Of a stretch of 50,887 nucleotides of DNA, positions 27,614-37,842 are shown piece after piece. The stretch is from Psychrobacter sp. Lineage in GTDB: Bacteria > Pseudomonadota > Gammaproteobacteria > Pseudomonadales > Moraxellaceae. The first letter of the stretch is position 1. The number at the start of each line of letters is the position of its first letter. Where the stretch lies: the NCBI RefSeq assembly GCF_036731945.1, contig NZ_DAINDI010000011.1, positions 9,592 through 60,478 of the forward strand, in the 5' to 3' direction. The position numbers and the translations under genes were made by a program. The notes under the pieces were generated by a model. That model was given only the letters and a program-made list of their open reading frames with translations, did no database searches and was not told the origin of the DNA.

Positions 27614-28615
27614 TTATAAACTGCCTGTGCTTTTCGCTAAAGTAGCATCCGTATCTGACGCTTTCTTAGCGTCTTTAGTGTTTGACGCCTTGCTAACATT
27701 GCCAGCACTACTAGCATTGGCACTAACTGGCAACTCAGGCGCACTTGCTAAACGCTCAGACTTGGCGAATTTGCGCTCTTGCAGCTTGGTCATCACTTGC
27801 TGAATTAGCAATGTCACCAGCGCTAACGCTGCAAGCAAACTCGATAAAGCAAAGGCGGCGGTAAAGTTATAATCGTTATAAGCAATCTCAACCAATAGTG
27901 GCATGGTGTTGGTTTCACCGCGGATATGACCAGATACCACGCTTACTGCGCCAAACTCGCCCATCGCCCGTGCGTTGGTCAAAATCAAACCATACAGCAG
28001 CGCCCATTTGATATTGGGTAGTGTCACATGCCAAAAGGTCTGCCAACCGCTAGCTCCTAAAGTTAATGCCGCTTGCTCTTCACTATCGCCTTGGGTCTGC
28101 ATCAAGGGTATGAGCTCACGCGCCACAAACGGAAAAGTCACAAATAACGTCGCTAAAATAATCCCTGGTACAGCATAAATCACCTGAAAGCCCATGCTCT
28201 CAAGCCAGCCGCCAATGCTAGAGTTCAGCCCGAACAACAGCACAAACATCAATCCTGCCACCACCGGAGATACCGAAAACGGTAAATCAAGCAAGGTGGT
28301 TACCAGCTGCTTACCTTTAAATTGATAACGGGTCACAAGCCAAGCTATTGCAATACCCATCACCATATTAATCGGCAACACAATCGCCGCCGTAATTAAG
28401 GTTAATTTAATTGCTTGCAAAGCTTCAGGGTCAACCAGTGAAGCGATATACAACTGCCAGCCGTTTTTAAAGGCTTCATAGAACACTGCTAAAAGTGGCA
28501 CCACCAACATCGCCACCATAAACAACACAGCGATACCGATAAAAGTACGGCGTATCCACGGCGTGTCTTTGGTCGCTGGATTGCTTTGGTAGTCGTAGCT
28601 ATTAGAAATTTGCAT
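27614..28615 (-). CDS. cysW: Sulfate ABC transporter permease CysW
   Basis: DLPFSVSPVVAGL, FPFVARELIPLM, NARAMGEFGAVSVVSGHIRG. ATG overlaps the cysT stop (TAATG). Confidence 0.92.
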   Translation of the reverse strand: MQISNSYDYQSNPATKDTPWIRRTFIGIAVLFMVAMLVVPLLAVFYEAFKNGWQLYIASLVDPEALQAIKLTLITAAIVLPINMVMGIAIAWLVTRYQFKGKQLVTTLLDLPFSVSPVVAGLMFVLLFGLNSSIGGWLESMGFQVIYAVPGIILATLFVTFPFVARELIPLMQTQGDSEEQAALTLGASGWQTFWHVTLPNIKWALLYGLILTNARAMGEFGAVSVVSGHIRGETNTMPLLVEIAYNDYNFTAAFALSSLLAALALVTLLIQQVMTKLQERKFAKSERLASAPELPVSANASSAGNVSKASNTKDAKKASDTDATLAKSTGSL

Positions 28616-29496
28616 TAGCGGGCTCCTACGCGGCGCGACAGCTTCCACTGTACGATATTAATGGTCAATAAAATCACAAACGAAATCAGTAGCATAAAGA
28701 GTGCAACAGCGGATGCGCCTTGCACATCAAACTGCTCAAGCTTACTAATAATGATTAAGGGTAAAATCTCAGACTGCATCGGAATATTACCAGCAATAAA
28801 AATCACCGAGCCATACTCGCCAGTGGCACGGGCAAACATCATGCCAGCTCCCATGAGTAAAGCCGGCAATAGCTCTGGTAAAATTACCTTACGAAAGGTC
28901 GTAAATCGATTGGCACCCAATACCGCCGCCGCTTCTTCAAATTCAACGGACAATTCTGCTAATACTGGTTGCACCGCACGGACGATAAAGGGAAAACTGA
29001 CGACCACTAAAGCGAGCCAAATACCGAGCGGCGTAAAGGCCACTTGAATATCAAATTTGGCAAACCACTGGCCGATTAAACCATTGGGTGCATACAGGGT
29101 CGCAAGCGAGATACCGGTAACGGCTGTCGGTAGTGCAAATGGTAAATCAACCAAGGCATTAATCAGCGACTTACCCCAAAACTCATAGCGCACCAGCACC
29201 CAAGCGACCAGCGTACCAAACACCATATTGGTGAGCATCGCCAAAAACGACATCCATAAACTGAGTTTGATAGCAGCGGTGACTTGCGGCTGGGTAATGG
29301 TTTCCCAAAAACCCGTCCAGCCCATTTGTGTCGTGGTATAGGCCATCATGGCAAACGGTAGCACCACCAGTAACGATAAGCTAAAGACGGTGATGCCCAT
29401 GCTTAGCCCAAACCCTGGTAGCACATTACGTTGACGCAAGCGCGTCAGCCACCCTTTCTTGATGGGTTTGCTGGCAGGAGAAGTTGTTGCACTCAT
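28615..29496 (-). CDS. cysT: Sulfate ABC transporter permease CysT
   Basis: VLPGFGLS, DLPFALPTAVTG, PFIVRAVQPVL, GEYGSVIFIAGNIP. Confidence 0.92.
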   Translation of the reverse strand: MSATTSPASKPIKKGWLTRLRQRNVLPGFGLSMGITVFSLSLLVVLPFAMMAYTTTQMGWTGFWETITQPQVTAAIKLSLWMSFLAMLTNMVFGTLVAWVLVRYEFWGKSLINALVDLPFALPTAVTGISLATLYAPNGLIGQWFAKFDIQVAFTPLGIWLALVVVSFPFIVRAVQPVLAELSVEFEEAAAVLGANRFTTFRKVILPELLPALLMGAGMMFARATGEYGSVIFIAGNIPMQSEILPLIIISKLEQFDVQGASAVALFMLLISFVILLTINIVQWKLSRRVGAR

Positions 29497-29709
29497 AGTG
29501 ATGTCCTATTGCCTAACTGCTGGCGCTTATTTGCTGCTTGTAAGCACCACGTGCTATCAGATGTATTTATTATTGGTCTGTGTAAGCGATAAAGGACACA
29601 GCGTGGATAGCCATGTCCTTTAGGTGCTTGGACGTTATGGTAAAACTGACGGTTTAAACGTTATTTAAGAAAATTTATAAATGGCGCAATCAGTCAGCGT
29701 ACTAGCGGC

Positions 29710-30810
29710 TTACTTTGGCGCGTTAACGGCCAATTGATCAAATACGCCGCCATCGCTAAAGTAAGTGCTCATGATTTCATCCCACGTACCAAAGGCATCG
29801 TTTGGACGGAAAGTATCGATAGGTGGCAATTTATCGCTGTTTTTATCAAGCACACTCTTTACACTTGGGCGCAAGTATAAATTGGCTGCCAATTGCTGCG
29901 CAGGCTCGCTCCATAAGTAATCAAGATAGGCTTTTGCCGCATCGGTGGTGCCTTTTTTATCGGTCACGGTTTTCACAACAGCGACTGGGCTCTCAGACTT
30001 GATAGAGTATTTTGGATAAACAATATCGACTTGCCCTGCACCAAAATCTTTGGCAGCCAAGTTGGCTTCATTTTCAAAGGTGACCAAGACATCACCGATA
30101 CCACGCTGAACAAACGTCGTCGTCGCTGCACGTCCGCCATTCTCATAGACTTTGACGTTTTTTAGCATGTCTTTGACGTAGCTCTTTGCCTTAGCTTCAT
30201 CTTTATTAAAGGCATGCAAACCATAACCATAAGCGCCTAAGAAGGCATAACGACCATTACCCGTGACTTTTGGGTTGGCCATAACAATCTCAACGCCTTC
30301 TTTGGTCAAGTCTTGCCAATCGTTGATACCTTTTGGATTGTCTTTACGCACCAAAAATACGATGGTACTGGTAAAAGGTACGGCGTTATCTGGGAATTTG
30401 CTTTCCCAGTCCGCTTCAACCAAACCTTTTTTCTCAAGTAGCTCGATATCTGAGCCTTGGTTCATGGTCGCCACATCGGCTTGTAAACCGTTAGCCACCG
30501 ACAATGCTTGCTTACTAGAGCCGCCGTGCGATTGCTTGATTAAGATATTGCTGTTTGGATTCTCGCTTTTATAGTGCTCAACGAATAATGGGTTGTAGTC
30601 TTTATAAAAGTCGCGTGCCACATCATAAGAGACGTTTAGCAGTTCGATATTTTGTCCTTCTGCGGCAGCGGGCGTGCCTTCTGCATTAGCAGTCGTTTCT
30701 GTCTTTTCGTTATTGCTACAGCCCGCAATACCTAAGGTCAATGCAACGCCTGCAATGCTCAAGACGTTAAGTGTTTTACTTCTTTGTTGATAGCCTGCTG
30801 CGTCTTTCAT
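29710..30810 (-). CDS. sbp: Sulfate/thiosulfate-binding protein (predicted lipoprotein)
   Basis: LLNVSYDVAR, QSHGGSSKQA, NPKVTGNGRY, TTTFVQRGIGDVLVTFENEA. Lipobox IAGC. Confidence 0.88.
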   Translation of the reverse strand: MKDAAGYQQRSKTLNVLSIAGVALTLGIAGCSNNEKTETTANAEGTPAAAEGQNIELLNVSYDVARDFYKDYNPLFVEHYKSENPNSNILIKQSHGGSSKQALSVANGLQADVATMNQGSDIELLEKKGLVEADWESKFPDNAVPFTSTIVFLVRKDNPKGINDWQDLTKEGVEIVMANPKVTGNGRYAFLGAYGYGLHAFNKDEAKAKSYVKDMLKNVKVYENGGRAATTTFVQRGIGDVLVTFENEANLAAKDFGAGQVDIVYPKYSIKSESPVAVVKTVTDKKGTTDAAKAYLDYLWSEPAQQLAANLYLRPSVKSVLDKNSDKLPPIDTFRPNDAFGTWDEIMSTYFSDGGVFDQLAVNAPK

Positions 30811-30859
30811 AAATCCCTCAAAGGTGTCTGTTAGATGATATTTATTAAATGATGCAAGT

Positions 30860-30926
30860 ATGCTAACAGCGCCAGCTTATTATGTTTAATGATGAATATG
30901 CGTATGTTATTGCCAAAATGGAATAA
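30860..30926 (-). promoter_or_regulatory. Putative sulfur-regulated promoter, copy 1
   Basis: Extended -10 TGtTAGCAT on the minus strand. Aligns without gaps to 32291-32357. Confidence 0.55.
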
Positions 30927-31046
30927 TGAAGTAATGGTAATTAAAATACAGCTTTATCAAGCACTTAAACGAGCAATCTCTTAAATAGCCTTTACACTTG
31001 TATTATTTGCCTATAAAAATTGCTTATAACTATTCAAAACCCTGCT

Positions 31047-32222
31047 CTACTTCACCTTCGCTAACTGATCAAAACGCCCGCCATCGACAAAGAACGTCGC
31101 CATGATGCTGTCCCAATCACCAAATAGCGCCACCGGCTCAAAGGTTGCAATTTCAGGTAAGGTCTTGCTGTGGGCGGCAAGCACCTTGGCATTACTAGGG
31201 CGCATATACATGTGTGCCATCAGCTCTTGTGCGGGCGTCGACCATAGGCCTGTTAAATAGTCATTTGCCGCGGCGGTGGTGCCTTTTTTATCGGTTACGG
31301 TTTTAACGACAGCCACAGGGTTGGCAATCACAATCGAGTAACTTGGATATAAGATATCGACCTGACCTTTGGCAAACTGCTTAGCAGCCAGATGCGCTTC
31401 GTTTTCGGTGGTGATTAAAACATCACCAAGACCGCGCTGGGTAAAGGTCGTGGTGGCAGCACGCGCGCCATTGTCATAGGTGACGACGTTTGCCAGTAGT
31501 TTTTTGATAAAAGCATCGGTTTTGGCGGGGCTTTGCACCTTTTCTTTAAAATGATGTAAGCCGTAGCCATAAGCGCCCAAAAAGGCATAACGCGCCGTGC
31601 CACTGGTCTTGGGATTTGGTATCACCACGGCGATATCGTTACGGGCTAAGTCTGCCCAATCTTTGATACCTTTTGGGTTACCCGCACGAACTAGGAGTAC
31701 CATGGTACTGCTATAAGGCACGGCATTGTTTGGCAATGCCTGTTGCCAATCGCTAGCCACCAAGCCTTTTTCAACCAGCAAATTCATATCGCTTTCTTGG
31801 TTGAGAGTAACGACATCTGCCTGCAAGCCATTAGCAACCGCTAGCGCTTGTTTGCTCGATCCGCCGTGCGATTGGTTGATATTCACCTTAATACCTTGGT
31901 GTTTTTGTTGATAATTTGCATTAAACAACAGGTTGTAGTCTTTATAAAAGTCGCGTGACACATCATAAGACACATTTAATAAATCAATATTTTTTGCCTC
32001 ATTGGCAGCGTTATTTTGATTGGCTTCGGTAGGCTTACAGCCTGTGATCAGCACCGCCGCTGCGAGCACACTACCAAGACCAAAACTGCTGGCAAGATTG
32101 ACGGTATAACTAAAGCGATTGGCGAGCACTGTGCCAATACTTTTAGGTTGAATGCCGAAAGGAGCACGCACATTAATGGGCTTGGGAGGTGTTTTTTGAC
32201 TGCTCTTTTTTTTTGGTTGCAT
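31047..32222 (-). CDS. Second sulfate/thiosulfate-binding protein (Sbp/CysP family, predicted lipoprotein)
   Basis: LLNVSYDVSR, QSHGGSSKQA, PNPKTSGTARY, TTTFTQRGLGDVLITTENEA. Lipobox-like LITGC. Confidence 0.88.
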   Translation of the reverse strand: MQPKKKSSQKTPPKPINVRAPFGIQPKSIGTVLANRFSYTVNLASSFGLGSVLAAAVLITGCKPTEANQNNAANEAKNIDLLNVSYDVSRDFYKDYNLLFNANYQQKHQGIKVNINQSHGGSSKQALAVANGLQADVVTLNQESDMNLLVEKGLVASDWQQALPNNAVPYSSTMVLLVRAGNPKGIKDWADLARNDIAVVIPNPKTSGTARYAFLGAYGYGLHHFKEKVQSPAKTDAFIKKLLANVVTYDNGARAATTTFTQRGLGDVLITTENEAHLAAKQFAKGQVDILYPSYSIVIANPVAVVKTVTDKKGTTAAANDYLTGLWSTPAQELMAHMYMRPSNAKVLAAHSKTLPEIATFEPVALFGDWDSIMATFFVDGGRFDQLAKVK

Positions 32223-32290
32223 ATTTGCTCTCTAATAATAGGGATAAAAACCTTGCGTTTCGAAATTCGGTTCTATGGATAATGAGCAAT

Positions 32291-32357
32291 ATGCTAACAG
32301 CCTGCGAGACAATTGCTTAGTGACAAATACGCTTATCGAGTGATTAACTTGGCATAA
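32291..32357 (-). promoter_or_regulatory. Putative sulfur-regulated promoter, copy 2
   Basis: Same blocks and spacing as 30860-30926. Confidence 0.55.
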
Positions 32358-32587
32358 GTAATTTTATTAGTTATTCTAAAGTGCTTGTTTTTCCTCGGTA
32401 TTTTTGTAGTTTTGTGATAAGCAGACACTTTTGAGTAAGTTACGGTATTGCTTAGGCTCTAGACGAGCCTCTATAGAGTCGATATTATCCCTTAGCTTGT
32501 TATATATCAGGCGCTGCACTGATAAAACTTAGCCGATCCGCTTTCACTTATTTCCTGTTTACTAACCCCTTTATTAAAGGTAATGCA

Positions 32588-33121
32588 ATGATCAAGTCTC
32601 CACCTCGTTATGCTCGTCACTCACGCTTTTTTGTTGGTATTTTAACGACCTCTATGACTTTATTGGCCTTAAGTGGCTGTAATAACGTAACGTCAAGCGT
32701 TAATAACCAAACGATTCAGCAACCAAACGCTGCTGTCACGCCAGCGGTGCAGATGGTCGTTGGCGATTACGCTTCTGAAGATTATGCCAAGCGTGCCCAA
32801 GGCTATGATTGGGTAGGTGTGATGATAAGAGCTGACGGCGCAGACAATGGCGAGCAAATTGATATTAAAGTACGAGCGCGTAGCGATGTGAAAAAACCCA
32901 CTTGTCACTTCGATGGTAAAGCGACATTAATGGGTCAAGACGAGGCGCACGGTGTTATTTTCCAAGCTAAGGTTAATGACAGTACCGCCTTTTTCCAGTT
33001 TAAAGATGATATCTTGACCATTGATAGCCAAGATAAATATGCACTGAATTATTTTTGTTCGGGTGGAGCTTCACTCGTTGGCGACTATCAAAAGCTTGAG
33101 GGTGATTTAGCGCTCAATTAA
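32588..33121 (+). CDS. Hypothetical lipoprotein
   Basis: AAGG RBS, lipobox LSGC, two further Cys (KKPTCHF, NYFCSGG). Confidence 0.75.
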   Translation: MIKSPPRYARHSRFFVGILTTSMTLLALSGCNNVTSSVNNQTIQQPNAAVTPAVQMVVGDYASEDYAKRAQGYDWVGVMIRADGADNGEQIDIKVRARSDVKKPTCHFDGKATLMGQDEAHGVIFQAKVNDSTAFFQFKDDILTIDSQDKYALNYFCSGGASLVGDYQKLEGDLALN

Positions 33122-33160
33122 TAGCTTTAATTGCCTATTTTAGATAATAAAATGAGATAA

Positions 33161-33197
33161 AAAAAAGGTGCCAGATATTTATTCTGACACCTTTTTT
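33161..33197. terminator. Bidirectional terminator (lipoprotein / sat)
   Basis: AAAAAAGGTGCCAGA...TCTGACACCTTTTTT. Confidence 0.8.
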
Positions 33198-33230
33198 CTT
33201 GCGCATTATCTTTTTTAAATATTAAGGTTC

Positions 33231-34484
33231 TTATACTGCAGAGGCACCGACCAACTTCACCTCAGCACGTTCTTCCTTAGCGATACCAGCATAGTAATGA
33301 CGTAAAATCTCTAGCACTTCAGGACGGCTAAAGTTCTCTGGTACATCGAGGTCTTCTGACAATGCTTTACGTAGCTTGGTGCCTGAAACCTTGACATGCT
33401 CAGATGCTTCATGCGGGCAAGTTTTATCAGAAGCCATGGCGTTACAAGCATTACACCAAAACGTCCAACCAATTTTTAGCGGCTGCGTAATCAAGTCGTC
33501 TTTACCAACATATTCAAAGATGGTTTGCGCATCAAACGCGCCATAATAATCACCAACGCCCGCATGGTCACGACCAACAATCAGATGACTACAGCCGTAG
33601 TTTTGACGGAATACCGCATGTAGTAGCGCCTCGCGTGGTCCAGCATAACGCATATCGAGCGGATACCCAGCTTGGATAACGGTGTCTGCTCTAAAGTAAT
33701 TATCAATCAAGGTCTTGATGGCTTCTTGGCGCACTTCTGCTGGGATGTCGCCCGGTTTTAGCGCGCCGAGCAATGAATGAATCAATACGCCGTCACAAAT
33801 TTCGATAGCAATCTTGGCAAGGTATTCGTGCGAGCGGTGCATCGGATTACGCGTTTGGAAGGCGGCAACGGTTTTCCAGCCTTTGGCATCCAAAATTTCG
33901 CGCGTCTCAGCAGGCGTCTTATAAATCTCTGGGTATAAGGTTGGGAACTCGCCTTCGCTTAGTACTTCAACGTGACCGGCGATATTGACGTCACCTTGGT
34001 TAAGTACTTGCTGTACGCCCGGATGCTCGCTATCGGTGGTGGTAAAGACTTGCTGACACTCGTGGGCTTTATCGATGGTATAGGTTTCTTCTACCGTCAA
34101 AATACCCATAATCTCGCCATCTTTTGCGACCAATGCCACTTTATCACCTTGGTTTAGGCTGTCGGCGGTTGCTTTTGGCGCTGATAAGGTAATAGGAATC
34201 GGCCAAAACAAGCCAGCATTGTCGCCACTTTGCAGGCGCATATTATCCACGACGCCTTGCCAATCTGCCTGATTCATAAAGCCATTTAACGGGGTAAAGC
34301 CGCCAATCCCAAGCATAATCAAATCGCCACGCTCACGAGAGCTTAAGGTAATCGTCGGCAACGTGCTGGCAAGCTTTAATGCTTGCTTGCGCGCCTCACC
34401 TTTTAATAGTAATGGTTTTAGCTCGCTGCTGCCGTGCGGCGGAACAAGTTTTGATGAGGAGCGATTGGGATTGGTAGATGTCAT
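33231..34484 (-). CDS. sat: Sulfate adenylyltransferase (homo-oligomeric Sat-type ATP sulfurylase)
   Basis: [48 protein letters not shown], CxxC...CPH zinc site, VSGTKLR. Confidence 0.95.
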   Translation of the reverse strand: MTSTNPNRSSSKLVPPHGSSELKPLLLKGEARKQALKLASTLPTITLSSRERGDLIMLGIGGFTPLNGFMNQADWQGVVDNMRLQSGDNAGLFWPIPITLSAPKATADSLNQGDKVALVAKDGEIMGILTVEETYTIDKAHECQQVFTTTDSEHPGVQQVLNQGDVNIAGHVEVLSEGEFPTLYPEIYKTPAETREILDAKGWKTVAAFQTRNPMHRSHEYLAKIAIEICDGVLIHSLLGALKPGDIPAEVRQEAIKTLIDNYFRADTVIQAGYPLDMRYAGPREALLHAVFRQNYGCSHLIVGRDHAGVGDYYGAFDAQTIFEYVGKDDLITQPLKIGWTFWCNACNAMASDKTCPHEASEHVKVSGTKLRKALSEDLDVPENFSRPEVLEILRHYYAGIAKEERAEVKLVGASAV

Positions 34485-34750
34485 TTTTAAAACCTTAATA
34501 ATGAAATTGAGAGATAGTTGGTCAGGAGAATGAGCGCTTAAATTTGATAAACATAGGCTACCTAACTTTGGTTATGAAAATTTATGCTGTGTTTGGATAT
34601 GGATATGTCTTAAAGGAATTTATGTTTATAGATTTAAGCTTATATGATGTGACTCTGAATTGTTTACCTTGCGATTGGCAATACAAGCGATCACACGCAA
34701 ATCATTTTCGTCGCGGCTTTTTAAGTTAAAAACAAAATTGAGATTACGTC

Positions 34751-36436
34751 ATGTATCAATATAATTACGCTGACCAAACCTTGGTAGAGGAACGAGTCGC
34801 CCAGTTTCGCGACCAAACCGAGCGGTTTTTGGCAGGTGAGCTGCCAGAAGAGCAGTTTTTACCGCTGCGTTTACAAAACGGGCTGTATATCCAGCGCTAC
34901 GCACCGATGCTACGTATCGCCGTGCCTTATGGCTTGCTGGCAACCTATCAATTACGCAAATTGGCTGAGATTACCCGTAAATATGATAAAGGTTACGGCC
35001 ACTTTACCACCCGTACCAATATGCAGCTGAACTGGCCAAAACTTGAAGAAGTGCCAGATATTTTGGCCGAATTGGCATCGGTGCAAATGCATTCTATCCA
35101 AACCTCGGGCAACTGTATTCGTAATACCACCACCGACCCTTATGCGGGTATTCATAAGGAAGAAATCGCCGATCCTCGTCCTTATTGTGAGATTATTCGT
35201 CAATGGTCAACCTTTCATCCGGAATTTGCTTTTTTACCGCGTAAATTTAAAATTGCCGTCATCGGTACGGCAAAAGACCGCGCGGCAACGCAGGTACATG
35301 ATATCGGACTCCATTTAAAGAAAAATGACGCAGGCGAGCTTGGCTTTGAGGTGATTGTCGGGGGCGGACTTGGACGTACGCCAGTGATTGGCAAAACCAT
35401 CAATACATTTTTACCGCGCCAGCATCTGCTCAGCTATTTAGATGCGATTTTGCGTGTCTATAATCTGCATGGTCGCCGCGACAATAAATTCAAAGCGCGT
35501 ATCAAGATATTGGTCGATAGCATGGGCGGCCCGGCGTTTGCCAAATTGGTCGATGCCGAATGGGAAGCCAATATCAAAGATGGGCCGTTGACCTTGACCG
35601 ATGCCAACTTTGACAAGGCCAGCAGCTATTTTACCGAGCCTAATTATCTCAGCTTTGATGCACTACAGGTACAGTCGGACTTGCAGCAGCAACTAGAGGC
35701 TGATAAAGATTTTGCCAATTGGTACCAGCAAAATACTGTGGCGCATAAAATCGCAGGCTACCGCGCGGTGGTCATTTCGTTAAAAGCAGGCTTGGTCGAC
35801 GGACGCTACGTACCGTCAGGTGATATTACTGAGTCGCAAATGGACGCCCTCGCCGACCTCGCTGACGAACATAGCTTTGGCGAGCTGCGCGGCACTTATC
35901 AGCAAAATCTGGTCTTTGCCGATGTACAAACCAACCGTTTGTACGAGTTATGGCAGCAGTTGGCTGCACTACATTTGGCCCGTCCAAATATCAATACCCT
36001 AACCGATATGATCGTCTGCCCGGGCTGGGATTTTTGTTCGCTTGCCAATGCAACGACCCACAATATCGCTGAGCAAATCGAAAAACAGTTTAATGATCTC
36101 GACTACCTTTATGACTTAGGCGAGATACGCCTCAATATGTCTGGCTGTATGAATGCCTGCGCCCATCACCATACCGGCGATATTGGTATCCTTGGGGTCG
36201 ATAAAAAAGGTGAATACTGGTATCAAATCAGCCTTGGCGGTAACTCTAGCAACGACGCCAAACTCGGTAAGATATTAGGCAAAGCTGTGCCGACCGATGC
36301 CGTAGCAACGACGATACAAAAGATAATCGACGTCTACCTTGAGCAGCGCGTCAGTAATGATAATGACGTCGAAGGCTTTGGTGAGTTAATTGACCGTATT
36401 GGTATTGCCCCTTTTAAGGAGAAGGTCTATGGCTAA
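34751..36436 (+). CDS. cysI: Siroheme sulfite reductase hemoprotein (Pseudomonas CysI-type nitrite/sulfite reductase)
   Basis: FLPLRLQNGLY, GHFTTR.N.Q, QTSGNCIRN, LPRKFKIA, CPGWDFCSLA, NMSGCMNACAHHH. Confidence 0.9.
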   Translation: MYQYNYADQTLVEERVAQFRDQTERFLAGELPEEQFLPLRLQNGLYIQRYAPMLRIAVPYGLLATYQLRKLAEITRKYDKGYGHFTTRTNMQLNWPKLEEVPDILAELASVQMHSIQTSGNCIRNTTTDPYAGIHKEEIADPRPYCEIIRQWSTFHPEFAFLPRKFKIAVIGTAKDRAATQVHDIGLHLKKNDAGELGFEVIVGGGLGRTPVIGKTINTFLPRQHLLSYLDAILRVYNLHGRRDNKFKARIKILVDSMGGPAFAKLVDAEWEANIKDGPLTLTDANFDKASSYFTEPNYLSFDALQVQSDLQQQLEADKDFANWYQQNTVAHKIAGYRAVVISLKAGLVDGRYVPSGDITESQMDALADLADEHSFGELRGTYQQNLVFADVQTNRLYELWQQLAALHLARPNINTLTDMIVCPGWDFCSLANATTHNIAEQIEKQFNDLDYLYDLGEIRLNMSGCMNACAHHHTGDIGILGVDKKGEYWYQISLGGNSSNDAKLGKILGKAVPTDAVATTIQKIIDVYLEQRVSNDNDVEGFGELIDRIGIAPFKEKVYG

Positions 36437-37025
36437 TCACCATGTGTTCAATAGCGATGGCATCGATATCAGTGAGACTGACACTTGGCTTGCGCTTAGC
36501 ACCAATGAGCTGCCTGACGGTATTACCCTGACCGATATATCTTTGTTAGAGCTGCTGCAAAAACAAGAAAAACTCGAGGTCGTTTTACCGCTTGCTGATT
36601 TATTAGATGCTAAAGGCAATATTGCAGGCGGACTATTACAACAAGTCCGTGAATTGTTGGCCGAGCATATTAGCCGTTCCGGTGTCTGGGTGACATCCGA
36701 TAGCGACACCGAAGTGCTGACGCGTATTCCAGAGTTTTTATTACAGCAAGATTTGATTGTGATTCACGTCCCCGCTTTCACGGACGGACGCGGTTTCAGT
36801 TACGCCCAAACCTTACGCCAAATGGGCTATCAAGGCGAGGTTCGTATGGCTGGCAAGTTTGGCCGCGATCAAATCGCCTATCTGCTACGCGCAGGCGCCG
36901 ACAGTTTTGTGATAAGTGCGCATGATTTGCACTCTATTTCTAATATCAGCCAAGCATTTAATGCGCTTGCCAGTAGTTATGACGGTCGTAACGCCGCCGA
37001 CTTACCGATGTTTGCTGGTGCTTAA
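36429..37025 (+). CDS. DUF934-family protein (usual partner of this CysI type)
   Basis: I..PAFTDGRGFSYA..LR..GYQGEVR..G...RDQIAYL.R.G.DSF. Start overlaps the cysI end. Confidence 0.88.
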   Translation: MANHHVFNSDGIDISETDTWLALSTNELPDGITLTDISLLELLQKQEKLEVVLPLADLLDAKGNIAGGLLQQVRELLAEHISRSGVWVTSDSDTEVLTRIPEFLLQQDLIVIHVPAFTDGRGFSYAQTLRQMGYQGEVRMAGKFGRDQIAYLLRAGADSFVISAHDLHSISNISQAFNALASSYDGRNAADLPMFAGA

Positions 37026-37091
37026 TATTCATATTCACCACCCTACTTATTATCAATCATTTATATATTTTTTACCCTTAAGGAATCCATC

Positions 37092-37730
37092 ATGAGCCAA
37101 TTACACCCAAATATAGATATCGATCAAGCCAACCAAGAACTAAAAGGTAAATCACCAGAAGAAATCGTCGCATGGGCGCTTAGCCAAGCAAAAAACCCAA
37201 TTATCACCACCAATTTCCGCCCGTATGAGTCCGCGATTTTGCATTTGGTTGCTAAGCAGCGCCCTGATATCACGGTATTGTGGGTAGATTCTGGCTATAA
37301 CACCGATGCTACTTACCAGTTTGCCAATAAAGTCATCCGTGATTTAAACTTAAACGTCATCACTTATATTCCTAAGCAAACGGCCGCCTATCGTGACGCA
37401 ACCATGAATGGTATCCCAGGCATTGATAATCCGCAACATGATGAATTCACTGATCAAGTAAAGCTTGAGCCATTTCGCCGTGCGCTAGATGAGCTAAAAC
37501 CTGATGTCTGGTTTAACGCCATTCGTAAAGATCAAACGGAATTCCGCCAAGGTCTTGATGTTTTAAGCTTATCAAAAGATGGCGTGTTAAAAGTCGCGCC
37601 TTTATTTGAAAAAACAGACGCGGATTTAGACGTCTATCTTGAAGAGCATAACTTGCCTAACGAGTTTGATTACTTTGATCCAACCAAAGTTGAAGAAAGC
37701 CGTGAATGTGGGTTGCATACGCAGCTTTAA
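37092..37730 (+). CDS. cysH: (P)APS reductase family protein without Fe-S cysteines
   Basis: LWVDSGYN, KLEPFRRAL, IRKDQT..R, C-terminal RECGLH. Only one Cys in the protein. Confidence 0.85.
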   Translation: MSQLHPNIDIDQANQELKGKSPEEIVAWALSQAKNPIITTNFRPYESAILHLVAKQRPDITVLWVDSGYNTDATYQFANKVIRDLNLNVITYIPKQTAAYRDATMNGIPGIDNPQHDEFTDQVKLEPFRRALDELKPDVWFNAIRKDQTEFRQGLDVLSLSKDGVLKVAPLFEKTDADLDVYLEEHNLPNEFDYFDPTKVEESRECGLHTQL

Positions 37731-37772
37731 GCTTTATTCTTAATTTAAGTTTTATTCTTAACCTGTGAAATC

Positions 37773-37805
37773 AAAAAGCCCTCTTATCATTTAAGAGGGC
37801 TTTTT
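37773..37805. terminator. Bidirectional terminator (cysH / SDR)
   Basis: AAAAAGCCCTCTTA-TCATT-TAAGAGGGCTTTTT. Confidence 0.88.
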
Positions 37806-37842
37806 ACACTTAGATAGCTTAAGATTATAGCTTTTTAGAACG

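Noticed and set aside
34544..34729. 61-aa TTG-start ORF in the sat-cysI divergent spacer
   Set aside because: No RBS or motif. The region is better explained as a shared AT-rich regulatory spacer.
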